A stretch of DNA of 64,000 bases from a candidate division WOR-3 bacterium. Lineage in GTDB: Bacteria > Hydrothermota > UBA3072. Under the pieces are notes generated by a model. It did not search any database. It was not told the DNA's origin and saw only the letters and a list, made by a program, of their open reading frames with translations. Of the stretch, positions 41,425-51,778 are shown piece by piece. Both the position numbers and the translations under genes were made by a program. Every line of letters starts with the position of its first letter. The stretch's first letter is position 1. The stretch covers positions 164,745 to 228,744 of the forward strand of contig JAFGHJ010000013.1 in assembly GCA_016930175.1 (NCBI GenBank), written 5' to 3'.

Positions 41425-44400
41425 ATGATTTTAATTTTATTAACCCTTGGTAGTTGGATAAGCCTTCAGAGTAACGCTACGAAAAACATTCAGGTTGATG
41501 TATCGGGAAATGGCTTAGAAAATACAAGAATAGAATTTACTATTCCCGGTTTTTATCTGGATACGGTTACAATTAATGGCAACAGTTATTCTATGGTTAA
41601 TATGCCCGGGGTGAATAGCTATTTAAAAGAAGGTTATCCGGATCTTCCCAGGGTAGCTAAAAGCGTAATTATTCCTGACGATAGGGAAATGAAGTTGAGG
41701 ATTGTTCGGGAAGATGTTGAAAGAGTAAAATTTCCGCCGGTTGTACCATCCAAAGGAAATCTTTTACGAAACGTTTCCCCTTCTTCCGTACCGTATACTT
41801 TTAGCGATTTTTATTATTCAACGGGTGTTTTCCCGGAAGAAGCAGCAAGTCTTTCGGAGCCTTTTATAATGAGGGATTTTAGAGGAATTACCGTTTATGT
41901 CAACCCTGTGCGTTATGATGCCGGTACGGGAGAAATTATAATACTTAGAGAATTAATTGTTGAGATATTTTCAGAAGGTTTTTCTTTATCGAATGTTAAA
42001 GCCAGGTCAATGAAAAAGTCGTTTTCTCTATCCTTTGAGAACGTATATAAGGATTTCTTTATTAATTATTCGGAAGGTAAATCAAGATATGATATGCTCG
42101 AAGAAGATGGCGGAAGGATGATTATTTTATGCGCCGATCAGTATGTTTCCGAGATGGATTCTTTCTTAATCTGGAAAAGAAGGAAGGGAATTTCCACGGA
42201 TTTATACAGTTTATCTGAGGTGGGAAGCGATACTGCTTCTATTGGAAATTTCATTAAGGAACAATATGATAGTTTAGGTGTTACTTTTTGTTTGCTTGTT
42301 GGTGATGGAGACGAACTCCCGCCTCCTGTTGGTACTGTTGGAAGAGCGTTTGGAGAAGACTCTGATCCTGTTTATGCTTATACCGACGGAGATGATTATT
42401 ATCCGGATCTTTTTATTGGGAGGTTTTCATCTGATGGGGGAGAAGCGGATAATATAAGGAACCAGGTGATGCGTAGCATCAAATATGAAAGAAATCCGGA
42501 AGAGGGAGGAGATTGGTATAGTAAAGGTCTTATGGTGGCAAGCGATGAAAGCGATGATTACGATTCAATTATGGATAAGGATAGATGCGAATGGCTGAAA
42601 GATACTTTGCTTTACAACATTTCTCCTTATTTTACATATACCTCTATTGATTCGAGCTACGACCCCTGGGGTTCTTCTTCTGTTATTTCAAGTGCTATTA
42701 ATTCCGGTGTTTCTATTATAAACTATATCGGTCATGGATATGTATCCGGTTGGCAAAGCGGGGGAGGGTTTACCATTAGTAATATAGAAAATCTTACTAA
42801 CTACTGGATGTTGCCTCATGTGATTTCTGTTGGTTGTCGAGTTGGTGATTTTAGAGATAGAAATTGTTTTTCTGAATCTGCATTGACAGCAGGTACAGTG
42901 GAAGATCCTACGGGTTTTATTGTGACATTAGGTCCAACTATAGATCAGACCTGGATTCCGCCGTGTATAGGACAGGAAGGTGCTGTTAACTTGCTTGCCC
43001 ATTATAAAGCAAATACTGCTGGAGGTATATATTTTAATGGTCTGTGCTATATGATCGAACAGTGTGGAGGTGATACTTCCAATGATGGTGTAGAAATCGC
43101 TCAGACATGGCATATTTTCGGCGATCCTTCTATTCAACTTCGTACAGACGTACCTCGTAAGCTCAAGGTGAATAAGGTTCTCGCTAATTTTCTCGATTCT
43201 CTCGTTTGCGAAGTAAAGGTTTATGAGGAGGATTCAGTAACTCCCGTTGAAAACGCTATGGTATCTTTTTGTAGCAAAGAGAATTCACTCATAGCATCGG
43301 GATATACAAATTCGGCAGGTAATTATAAATTTACATTTGACTCAAGCAATTTTATGCGGGATGAGTATGTTTATCTGACGGTGACTGATTTTAATTATAA
43401 GCCCTACCTGGATTCGACAACGCTTATGAGTATTGTGTTTTCTCCTGATTCTGTAGAGGTTAATGTCCCTACAGAGGTAGAAATTTTAACGAGCAGTGGT
43501 TTGGAAGTTGTAATTGACGGTTTTGGTTTTTGGGCTTGTGATACCACGGACGATTCTGGCAGAGCAATCATAAATATTAGCGCTCCTTATGGCGGAGAAC
43601 TACAGATTTCATTTTTCGATACTGCCGAAGCAAGGTTATTCTATAAAAAAACGCTTCCTGTTTTTGGCGCGCTGGACTTAACTGCCCCTGATATTCAGGC
43701 TTCTTGCGATGAAATAGGGGTGTCCGGTGGTTTAATGCCGGGTTTCTCCGGTAGAATTCTTGGGTCCGCTGATTCATTGTCTTTTTCAATGTTTATAAGG
43801 GGAGCCGGTATTGATACTTCTTTTTTCGCACCGGATGGTTTTTTAGAAAAAGATTTAATATTTGAGGAACCCGGAGAAGTTGAAGTAACGCTTGGAAAGT
43901 CGGGTTACAATGTTTATCAGAAAGTATTTCCCGTTATAAATTACAGAGGATGGCTTTCGGGTTATGTTATTAGCGGGGCTGACTCTGTAAATGAGATAAC
44001 GCTTCGGATTTATGGTGCCGGTTCTGACACCGGGTCTGTTACGCCTGTCGCCGTTATGACCTCCGATGATAATGGATTTTATGAATTAGAAGATTCTTTA
44101 TTGTGCGGATACTATGATGTTTATATGGCAGGTGTTGGATATCAGAGTGAGCTATATCCTGTAACTGTTAAGAATTCCAGCAGCAATCTTGATTTCAATA
44201 TTTCTCCGGAGTCTTACGCTATTGATTTATCTACATTGATTAATGGAAATTATTTAGAAGTAAAATACAGCCTACCGCAGGAAACGAATGTCGAATTTAT
44301 TGTCTTCGATGCTCTGGGACGAAAAATAACGTCTGAATCAGAACTAAAAAATTCCGGCAACTTCACGCAAGTTATAGATATGCAAGATTTCTCAACGGGT

Positions 44401-44469
44401 ATTTATTTCTTTGTGATGAAAGCCGGAAATAGAGTGTTTCCGCCTGAAAAGTTTATCTTGATTAGATGA
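41425..44469 (+). CDS. Gingipain-like peptidase C25 with propeptide, accessory Ig-like domains and T9SS-type CTD
   Basis: G.PDLP propeptide, PSKGN, PFIMRDFRG, WKRRKG, LLVGD, IGRFS, NYIGHG (His), SVGC (Cys), FGDPS; C-terminal VFDALGR...STGIYFF. Confidence 0.9.
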   Translation: MILILLTLGSWISLQSNATKNIQVDVSGNGLENTRIEFTIPGFYLDTVTINGNSYSMVNMPGVNSYLKEGYPDLPRVAKSVIIPDDREMKLRIVREDVERVKFPPVVPSKGNLLRNVSPSSVPYTFSDFYYSTGVFPEEAASLSEPFIMRDFRGITVYVNPVRYDAGTGEIIILRELIVEIFSEGFSLSNVKARSMKKSFSLSFENVYKDFFINYSEGKSRYDMLEEDGGRMIILCADQYVSEMDSFLIWKRRKGISTDLYSLSEVGSDTASIGNFIKEQYDSLGVTFCLLVGDGDELPPPVGTVGRAFGEDSDPVYAYTDGDDYYPDLFIGRFSSDGGEADNIRNQVMRSIKYERNPEEGGDWYSKGLMVASDESDDYDSIMDKDRCEWLKDTLLYNISPYFTYTSIDSSYDPWGSSSVISSAINSGVSIINYIGHGYVSGWQSGGGFTISNIENLTNYWMLPHVISVGCRVGDFRDRNCFSESALTAGTVEDPTGFIVTLGPTIDQTWIPPCIGQEGAVNLLAHYKANTAGGIYFNGLCYMIEQCGGDTSNDGVEIAQTWHIFGDPSIQLRTDVPRKLKVNKVLANFLDSLVCEVKVYEEDSVTPVENAMVSFCSKENSLIASGYTNSAGNYKFTFDSSNFMRDEYVYLTVTDFNYKPYLDSTTLMSIVFSPDSVEVNVPTEVEILTSSGLEVVIDGFGFWACDTTDDSGRAIINISAPYGGELQISFFDTAEARLFYKKTLPVFGALDLTAPDIQASCDEIGVSGGLMPGFSGRILGSADSLSFSMFIRGAGIDTSFFAPDGFLEKDLIFEEPGEVEVTLGKSGYNVYQKVFPVINYRGWLSGYVISGADSVNEITLRIYGAGSDTGSVTPVAVMTSDDNGFYELEDSLLCGYYDVYMAGVGYQSELYPVTVKNSSSNLDFNISPESYAIDLSTLINGNYLEVKYSLPQETNVEFIVFDALGRKITSESELKNSGNFTQVIDMQDFSTGIYFFVMKAGNRVFPPEKFILIR

Positions 44470-44487
44470 TATTAGTTCAAAATATGA

Positions 44488-44600
44488 ACTAAGTTAATTG
44501 GTTTATTAGTTTATTAGTTAATTAGTAACAAAAAAATATTTTTTTCTCTCTTTTCCTCTGTGTGCTCTGTGGTTCAATTAGTTTTTGGTGTGGTGGGGCG
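44488..44600 (-). repeat. Modular repeat cluster (CAC on - strand)
   Basis: TTAGTTTA octamers, CTCTGTGTGCTCTGTGGTTCAA, GTGGTGGGGCG. Confidence 0.8.
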
Positions 44601-45737
44601 TTAAAAACAATGATTAAACAGCAAGTATGTATGATTGTTGTATTCTTCCAGCCTTTCCGGCAGAGGAAAATCCAGTTCTATACCCTGGCGGAGAGCAATA
44701 TATGTTTCCTTGTTAAGTTTTAAATTAAGTCCAAGAACTCCTCTTGTCTCGCTGTTTTTTTGTCCGTTTAAATTTCGCCAGGATTTTTGTATTCCCAACG
44801 TTAAATTTATGTAATCAGAAAATGAATGATTATATAGTAAAGTCAAGCCAATCCATTTTCTTTTGTACTCTAATGAGTCATTCTTAACATATTTCCAATC
44901 CATCGGTAAACCGATGTAAAAGCTGCTTTTTTCCGAGATTTCTGTTTGTATAAATGGTTCGGCGAAGAATATAGCTATGTTGGTTTCGTAATTTAGAGTA
45001 TCTTCCGGTAGTGAGATATAAGATGAGTCCGTTTTTCTGTAATTTAATCGTAAACCGGGGGAAAACTTGTCAAATAAATGATAATAAATGATATTTTTTA
45101 AACCCATACCGCCGAATTCCGCACTTCCCATTTCTTCATCATTCTCTAAAAAATTCTTCTTTGCTTTTATTGTTTTATAGTACCTATAGTACAGATCAGC
45201 CTGATTGCCGTTAATTAGACCTTGAAGTTCGAGACTAACGGGAAATTTTGTAAAAGAGTCCTCGTGAATTGATGGTTCTCTGTGTGAAATTAAGTAATTG
45301 TGGTCGAATTCGTGTAAAATGATATTCAAAGAATGGTTGTTTTCAATGTTTTTCCAGTAACCAATACCCGTACCGATATATTTTTTATTTTGTGACGATT
45401 GTGGCGATAAAAATAGAGAGAAAGAAAGCGGTATTCGGGAATTTTCACCCCCGATCCATCTGAGCTTAAATAGATGTTCTTCGGTTTTTATGTCATAATC
45501 GTTTTCGTTCTCTAAGTTATATTCAAATACAATATTTGAAAAAAGAACCGCCCAGATTTTTATTCTGTACATCTCGTACCATTGATCCGAATTTCGAGAA
45601 CCGTGTGTTGTCTGGATTCCGTTTTTGCTATTCAGGAAACGAAATTCTTCTTCTATGGGTGTTAGAGAAAAACTCTTATCCATTAAATAAAGAGTATTAT
45701 TATCGCCCAGAAGAGAGAATAAAAAAAATAATATCAT
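44601..45737 (-). CDS. Hypothetical protein, probably outer-membrane beta-barrel
   Basis: Short signal-like N-terminus, alternating aromatic strands, terminal Phe. Confidence 0.5.
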   Translation of the reverse strand: MILFFLFSLLGDNNTLYLMDKSFSLTPIEEEFRFLNSKNGIQTTHGSRNSDQWYEMYRIKIWAVLFSNIVFEYNLENENDYDIKTEEHLFKLRWIGGENSRIPLSFSLFLSPQSSQNKKYIGTGIGYWKNIENNHSLNIILHEFDHNYLISHREPSIHEDSFTKFPVSLELQGLINGNQADLYYRYYKTIKAKKNFLENDEEMGSAEFGGMGLKNIIYYHLFDKFSPGLRLNYRKTDSSYISLPEDTLNYETNIAIFFAEPFIQTEISEKSSFYIGLPMDWKYVKNDSLEYKRKWIGLTLLYNHSFSDYINLTLGIQKSWRNLNGQKNSETRGVLGLNLKLNKETYIALRQGIELDFPLPERLEEYNNHTYLLFNHCF

Positions 45738-46546
45738 TTAAGCAAAAGAGAAATATCTATAGATTTAAAGGAGTGGGTTAAAGCCCCAACTGAAATATAG
45801 TCCACTCCTGTTTTTGCGATTTCTTTTACATTTTCAAGTGTCACATTACCTGAGTATTCAAGTATTATATTCTTTCCGTTCGTTAGAGTAACGGCTTTTT
45901 TTACTTCTTTTATAGGCATATTATCAAGAAGTAAATGTTTCGCATCGTTTTGTATAGCTTCTTTAACCTCCTTTAGATTTTTTACTTCGATTTCACCTTT
46001 GATTTGGGAAAGCACATTTCTAATCCCCCCCGCGATTTTTATGTGGTTTTCCTTTATTAGAACTTTATCGTACAATCCCATTCTGTGATTTTTCCCTCCG
46101 CCTATACTTACGGCGTATTTTTCCAGATATCTTAATGTAGGAGTGGTTTTTCTTGTGTCAAGTATTGAAGCTTTGCTGCCCTTTATTTCATCTGCGAATT
46201 TTCTTGTATATGTGGAAATCCCGCTCAGTCTCTGGATAAAGTTTAAAACTACTCTTTCTCCTTTCAGTATTGCTCGTGTGTTTCCTCTGATGCGGATTAT
46301 TTCTTGGGGTTTCAACCATATACCTTCCTTTACAAGTATTTCTGTGCTTACGTCACCCAATTCGCCAAATGTCCATTTTGCTATTTCGAGACCGGAAAGA
46401 ACAGCTTTTTCTTTTGTCTTAATTATTCCAAACGAATTATGTTTTTCAGGAATTATATTTTCTGAAGTTAAATCAACTTTGCCTATATCTTCGGTGAGAG
46501 CTTTTTTTATTAGCGGCAAAACTTTTTCTTTCTTTAATTTGTCCAC
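45734..46546 (-). CDS. nadC: Quinolinate phosphoribosyltransferase
   Basis: ER..LN, DTRKTTP, NHRMGLYD, IKENH, LLLDN, VDYISVGALTHS. Confidence 0.95.
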   Translation of the reverse strand: MDKLKKEKVLPLIKKALTEDIGKVDLTSENIIPEKHNSFGIIKTKEKAVLSGLEIAKWTFGELGDVSTEILVKEGIWLKPQEIIRIRGNTRAILKGERVVLNFIQRLSGISTYTRKFADEIKGSKASILDTRKTTPTLRYLEKYAVSIGGGKNHRMGLYDKVLIKENHIKIAGGIRNVLSQIKGEIEVKNLKEVKEAIQNDAKHLLLDNMPIKEVKKAVTLTNGKNIILEYSGNVTLENVKEIAKTGVDYISVGALTHSFKSIDISLLLK

Positions 46547-48530
46547 TTATAATCCTCCTGATTTCGTCTCTTAATTTTGCGGCTTTTTCGAATTCCAATT
46601 GCTCGGCGCTTTTTTTCATTTCGTTTCTGAGTTTTTCAATCATTTCTATTCTTTCTATTTCTGAGGTAAATTCATGCGGTATTTCAAATTCTAAATTTAT
46701 TTCTTCTTCTTTCTTTTTTTCTCCTGCGACCACTGTTGTCATCATTATTTGTTCACGGCTTTTCTTTATGCTTTCAGGAATAATGTTATGTTTTTTATTA
46801 TATTCAAGCTGTATATTTCTTCTACGCTCAATTTCTTTTAAAGCATTTTCTATGGCGATGGTTTTTCCTTCGGCATAGAGTATAACCCTGCTGTCTATAT
46901 TACGGGCGGCTCTTCCCGCAGTTTGTATAATAGAAGTTTCTGAGCGAAGAAAACCCGCTTTATCTGCGTCAAGGATAGCAACCAATGTAACTTCAGGCAG
47001 GTCAAGGCCTTCTCTTAGCAAATTTATGCCTACCAAAACGTCGAAATCTCCGAGCCGGAGACCCCTTAAAAGTTCCATTCGCTCCGGAGCGTCTATTTCT
47101 GAGTGTAGATATTGTACTTTTAGACCAACATCGGTTAAATATTCGGTGAGCTCTTCGGACATCTTTTTTGTTAGAGTCGTTACGAGCGTTCTATTCCCTT
47201 TTTCAACTTCTTTTCTTATTTCTTCTATAAGGTCATCAATTTGATTCTCTGTTGTTTTTATTGTTACCGGCGGGTCGATAACCCCGGTCGGACGAATCAA
47301 CTGTTCTACAACTATTTTTTTTGATTTTTCTATTTCCCATTCCTGAGGTGTTGCTGAGGTATAAATGACTTTATCTGTCTTTGCCTGAAATTCGTCAAAA
47401 TCAAGTGGTCTATTATCAAGAGCGGAAGGAAGACGGAAACCATATTCTACAAGAGTTTCTTTTCTGGATCTATCTCCGTGATACATGCCTCTTATTTGAG
47501 GTACAGTCCTGTGGGATTCGTCGATAATGGTGAGAAACTCATCCGGAAAGTAGTCTATTAGTGTATAGGGTGGTTCACCTTCTTCGCGCAAGGATAGGTA
47601 TCTGGAGTAGTTTTCTATGCCGGCGCAATAACCGACTTCTCTTAAGAATTCAATATCATATTTAGTTCTGCTCTCTATTCTTTGAGCTTCTATATATTTT
47701 TCGTTGTCCAGAAAATATTGAACTCTTTCTTCCATTTCCTTTTCTATTTTATCAATTACGTTCAATATTCTGTCTTCGGGAATAACGAAATGATGTGCCG
47801 GGTATATATTGAGTTGGCGTATTCTTTCTATTTTCTTTGCGCTTATCGGGTCTATCGAAGATATTTGTTCGATTTCGTCTCCGAAGAATTCTATCCGGTA
47901 TCCTTTAAATTCGTAAGAGGGAAAAAGGTCGATTACATCTCCTTTTACCCGGAAATTTCCCTGTTCAAACTCAACATCGTTGCGTTTATACTGAATAGAG
48001 ACCAATTCTTTTATTAATTTGTCTCTTGAAATTTCCATATTATCGTAAACTTTAATCGATTGTCTGGAGAAATCTGCCGGTGAGCCGAGTCCGTATATAC
48101 AGGAGACAGAAGCGACGATTACCACATCTTTTCGTTCCAGAAGAGAGGTCGTGGCTTTCATCCTTAAGCGTTCTATCTCTTCATTTACCGAGGCATCTTT
48201 CCCTATGTAAGTATCGCTCTCGGGAACGTAAGCTTCCGGTTGATAATAATCATAGTAAGAGACAAAATATTCTACAGCATTTTCCGGAAAAAATTGTTTA
48301 AATTCACCGTATAATTGTGCCGAGAGGGTTTTATTGTGAGAAATAACAATAGTCGGCAAACCCAGCCTTTCTATAACATTTGCCATTGTGAATGTCTTTC
48401 CCGAGCCGGTTACTCCGAGGAGAGTTTGATGCTTTTTACCTTCTTCTATACCTTTTACAAGATTTTCGATAGCCTGGGGCTGGTCTCCTGTTGGTTTGTA
48501 ATCCGCGGTAAGTTTAAATTTATTCTCCAT
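46473..48530 (-). CDS. uvrB: Excinuclease ABC subunit B
   Basis: GDQPQAI, GVTGSGKT, YYDYYQPEAY, DESH, LLREGLD, UVR domain. Confidence 0.98.
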   Translation of the reverse strand: MENKFKLTADYKPTGDQPQAIENLVKGIEEGKKHQTLLGVTGSGKTFTMANVIERLGLPTIVISHNKTLSAQLYGEFKQFFPENAVEYFVSYYDYYQPEAYVPESDTYIGKDASVNEEIERLRMKATTSLLERKDVVIVASVSCIYGLGSPADFSRQSIKVYDNMEISRDKLIKELVSIQYKRNDVEFEQGNFRVKGDVIDLFPSYEFKGYRIEFFGDEIEQISSIDPISAKKIERIRQLNIYPAHHFVIPEDRILNVIDKIEKEMEERVQYFLDNEKYIEAQRIESRTKYDIEFLREVGYCAGIENYSRYLSLREEGEPPYTLIDYFPDEFLTIIDESHRTVPQIRGMYHGDRSRKETLVEYGFRLPSALDNRPLDFDEFQAKTDKVIYTSATPQEWEIEKSKKIVVEQLIRPTGVIDPPVTIKTTENQIDDLIEEIRKEVEKGNRTLVTTLTKKMSEELTEYLTDVGLKVQYLHSEIDAPERMELLRGLRLGDFDVLVGINLLREGLDLPEVTLVAILDADKAGFLRSETSIIQTAGRAARNIDSRVILYAEGKTIAIENALKEIERRRNIQLEYNKKHNIIPESIKKSREQIMMTTVVAGEKKKEEEINLEFEIPHEFTSEIERIEMIEKLRNEMKKSAEQLEFEKAAKLRDEIRRIISGQIKERKSFAANKKSSHRRYRQS

Positions 48531-48583
48531 ACAGAAAGGATAAAACAGGTTTTACTTTTACGCAAGGACTACGATAAAAATTT

Positions 48584-48839
48584 TTACCACAGAGGGCACA
48601 GAGAAAAAAACGCAGAGCACACAGAGCATTTAAACTGTTGGTCTGTGGGTCGGTTGGTCCGTTGGTCTGTAAAAAACGCACCAACACACTCACGCACCAA
48701 CTATAAAAAATTCTCACACAAAGGTACTAAGACACAAAGTTTATTTTTTATTCCTCTTTTAGTTTTTTTGCTAAATCCTATATCCTAAATCCAAAATCCC
48801 AGTTATTGTCACGAAACACGAAACCCGTAACTCGAAACT
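48584..48839 (+). repeat. Modular repeat cluster (CAC on + strand)
   Basis: TTACCACAGAGGGCACAGAG, CTGTTGGT octamers, ACGCACCA octamers, TTCTCACACAAAGGTACTAAGACACAAAG, CTAAATC and CACGAAA heptamers. Confidence 0.85.
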
Positions 48840-49015
48840 TTAATTACTAAAGAAAGTACGGGAAAAATATCAGGATAAAGACTCATATATTAATGATCCA
48901 ATAATTTCTGTAGACTTGCGGAAAAGAAACAGCGCATTATATTTTATTTACCAGAAAAAAACTATCTTATAATGCGATATATTTGTTGAAAATCAAAAAA
49001 AGGAGAAGAGATAAA

Positions 49016-51613
49016 ATGCTTGGAAAATCAAAAGAAAATATAGGTCTCTTACTAAAATATATTAAGCATCATTTCAAGAGAACAAAAAACAAGTATACGG
49101 GAATCAAATCAGTATTATTATTCCCCATTATTGGGCTTCTTTCCCTTTTATGGGTAATTATAAGGGTAGCACCAAAGCCCAGCCGATTAAGATATCCCTG
49201 TATGAAGGTTGCAGTACCAACAGCCGCCAGTTTTGTCGCATATATCATCGCGATATTTGCTTCTCTTTTTTCGTTTCGAAAAGCAAAAGAGAATCTGCGC
49301 AAGTCCAGATATTCTCTTGGGATAATACTTCTTTTAATCAGTATAGCAGGCGGGACGTTTTTGATACTGCATACGAACCAATACGCATCCGCACAAACCG
49401 TCAATTTAAAAACTAGAGACCTCGAAGCAAATGACCCCATGGGAGAAGAAAAAGGTATCTTTCCCGGAAGGGTAGTCTGGGTACACGATCCGGACGCAAC
49501 AAATGAAGATTGCGATCCGGGAGACTACGGACATGGATGGTTTCTCAATGAAAATAACAATCAGAGTGTAATAGATGCTATGCTGGATACCGCCGTAAAG
49601 GTAATTTCAGGACAAACCGATATTGCCGCAGCATGGGATACTATTTTCCGATATAACAATAACAACAGAGGTAAAGGTAATGTCGGATACCAGGCAGGCG
49701 AAATAATATTTATAAAAGTCAACAGAACAAGTTCATGGACTGGCAATATCAACTTTCCCTCTTACGACCCTGCTGACAATGGCTACTATGGTGTATCGGA
49801 AACATCACCCCACTTAATATTAGCCCTTTTAAGACATTTGGTAGATAGCGTTGGTGTTGCTGAAGATGACATATATATTGGTGATCCGATGAAGCATCTT
49901 TACTCACACGACTATGACCTCTGGTATGGGGAATATCCCGATATCCATTATCTGGATCATGACAGATCAGACGCAGGAAGAGAGATAGCCGCAGTGGGCG
50001 ATTCTATGATTCACTATTCTGACAGTGGTGCAGTTCTTCGTGCAGACGCTTGGAGCTATCCTCCGTCTGGAGACCCTATTTATGATGATCACTTTTACGC
50101 AATCTTTGAAGATTGCGATTACCTGATAAATGTTCCGACCTTAAAGGGACATGTGAGGGCGGGAGCAACAATGTTTGCCAAGAATCATTTCGGTTCTCAT
50201 ACGCGTGGCGATGCCAGCCATCTTCATATGGGGCTTGTAGATCCGGACGGAAACCCAAACAATGGAATTCCAAGATCTGGTTACGGATTATACAGAGTTC
50301 TGGTGGATTTAATGGGCTGGAAATTAATTAGAGAGAAAAACGTAATCTTCTTAATGGATGCCCTGTGGTCAGCAGGTGCCGAAGTTACTCAACCTACCAA
50401 ATGGAAAAATGCCCCATTCAATGACGACTGGAGTTCCTCGATATTTATTTCCCAGGATAATGTAGCAATCGAGTCCGTTGGTTTCGACTTCCTCCAAACA
50501 GAATATACAAGTGAAAATCACCCTGGCCTTACTTATGTCCAGATGGAAGGAACAGACGACTATTTAGAGCAGGCTGCGGATTCAGCAAACTGGACAGACA
50601 GCATTCCTTTTTACGATCCGGAGGATGACGGAACTCCTATGCCATGGAGCCTTGGCGTACATGAACACTGGAACAACGAAACGGACAGACAATATTCAAG
50701 AAATCTTGGGGGAGACTACGGTATTGAATTGGTGAAAATTTTACCGGAAATTGTTCCAGCTATCACAATCACATCTCCTAATGGAGGTGAGGACTGGTAC
50801 GTAGGGAGTGATTATAATATTACCTGGACATCGAGTAATACCAGCGGCAATGTTCAAATCGAATATTCGACAAACAACGGCAGTTCATGGACAGAGGAAG
50901 TCGCAAGCACAGCGGATGACGGTTCTTATTCATGGACGGTTCCGGATGCCCCTTCGGATAATTGTCTTGTAAGGGTTAGTGATACGGAGGGAACTCCCGC
51001 AGATACGAGTGATGCAGTATTTTCAATTTTGCCTGTCCCGTCGTACATAACAATAACTTCTCCAAACGGAGGTGAGTATTGGTACGTAGACAGTACCTAT
51101 AATATTACCTGGACATCGAGTAATACCAGCGGCAATGTTCAGATCGAATATTCGGTAAATAACGGCAGTTCATGGACAGAAGAAATCGCAAGCACACCTG
51201 ATGACGGTTCTTATTCATGGACGGTTCCCGATACGCCTTCAGATAATTGCCTTGTACGGGTGAGTGATACGGAGGGAAGTCCGTCAGATATCAGTGATGC
51301 GGTATTTTGGATATTGCCTTCTTCGGTTGTTCCTCTTGATGAGTTGAGTGGAGTTTATTCGATGAGCGTGAAAAGAGTAACAGCGGATAAAAACTTCGAA
51401 ATTAGATATACTCTACCCGAGGAAACTACTTTAAGGTTCGGCGTGTATGATATAACCGGAAAAATCATAAGAGAGTTTTCAAAAGAACAAATGCAAGGAT
51501 CCTATTCTGAAAAGATAGATATGCGCGGTGAACCGGCAGGAGTATACTTCGTTAGAATGGAAGCAAATGGGAGAAAGTTTACACAGACGAATAAGGTGCT
51601 ACTTGTTAAATGA
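49016..51613 (+). CDS. DUF362-like secreted protein with two Ig-like repeats and T9SS-type CTD
   Basis: RVAPKPSR.RYPC, GIFPGRVVW, LINVP.LKGH, AKNHFG, S.D.VAIESV; 2x ITITSPNGGE.W; C-terminal VYDITG...AGVYFVR. Confidence 0.75.
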   Translation: MLGKSKENIGLLLKYIKHHFKRTKNKYTGIKSVLLFPIIGLLSLLWVIIRVAPKPSRLRYPCMKVAVPTAASFVAYIIAIFASLFSFRKAKENLRKSRYSLGIILLLISIAGGTFLILHTNQYASAQTVNLKTRDLEANDPMGEEKGIFPGRVVWVHDPDATNEDCDPGDYGHGWFLNENNNQSVIDAMLDTAVKVISGQTDIAAAWDTIFRYNNNNRGKGNVGYQAGEIIFIKVNRTSSWTGNINFPSYDPADNGYYGVSETSPHLILALLRHLVDSVGVAEDDIYIGDPMKHLYSHDYDLWYGEYPDIHYLDHDRSDAGREIAAVGDSMIHYSDSGAVLRADAWSYPPSGDPIYDDHFYAIFEDCDYLINVPTLKGHVRAGATMFAKNHFGSHTRGDASHLHMGLVDPDGNPNNGIPRSGYGLYRVLVDLMGWKLIREKNVIFLMDALWSAGAEVTQPTKWKNAPFNDDWSSSIFISQDNVAIESVGFDFLQTEYTSENHPGLTYVQMEGTDDYLEQAADSANWTDSIPFYDPEDDGTPMPWSLGVHEHWNNETDRQYSRNLGGDYGIELVKILPEIVPAITITSPNGGEDWYVGSDYNITWTSSNTSGNVQIEYSTNNGSSWTEEVASTADDGSYSWTVPDAPSDNCLVRVSDTEGTPADTSDAVFSILPVPSYITITSPNGGEYWYVDSTYNITWTSSNTSGNVQIEYSVNNGSSWTEEIASTPDDGSYSWTVPDTPSDNCLVRVSDTEGSPSDISDAVFWILPSSVVPLDELSGVYSMSVKRVTADKNFEIRYTLPEETTLRFGVYDITGKIIREFSKEQMQGSYSEKIDMRGEPAGVYFVRMEANGRKFTQTNKVLLVK
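50762..51319 (+). repeat. Intragenic tandem duplication (285-nt period, 95 aa)
   Basis: TATAATATTACCTGGACATCGAGTAATACCAGCGGCAATGTTCA is identical in both copies. Confidence 0.9.
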
Positions 51614-51629
51614 AAGAGTGATTTAATGT

Positions 51630-51680
51630 AAAACAAAACAAAAAAGCGCTCCTAAGGGAGCGTTTTTTTGTTTTGTTTTT
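51630..51680 (+). terminator. Rho-independent terminator (bidirectional-capable)
   Basis: AAAACAAAACAAAAAAGCGCTCC-TAAG-GGAGCGTTTTTTTGTTTTGTTTT. Confidence 0.85.
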
Positions 51681-51778
51681 TTATTAGTAGCAAGCACTCA
51701 TTATTAAGTTTTTTTATAATATGGTCTGGCGAATCTTACTATCCTGTATATAATATTTTTAATAAAGGAGTGATTAAA

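Noticed and set aside
48315-48788. ORFs 48315-48788 and 48520-48717
   Set aside because: They overlap uvrB or read through the repeat cluster.
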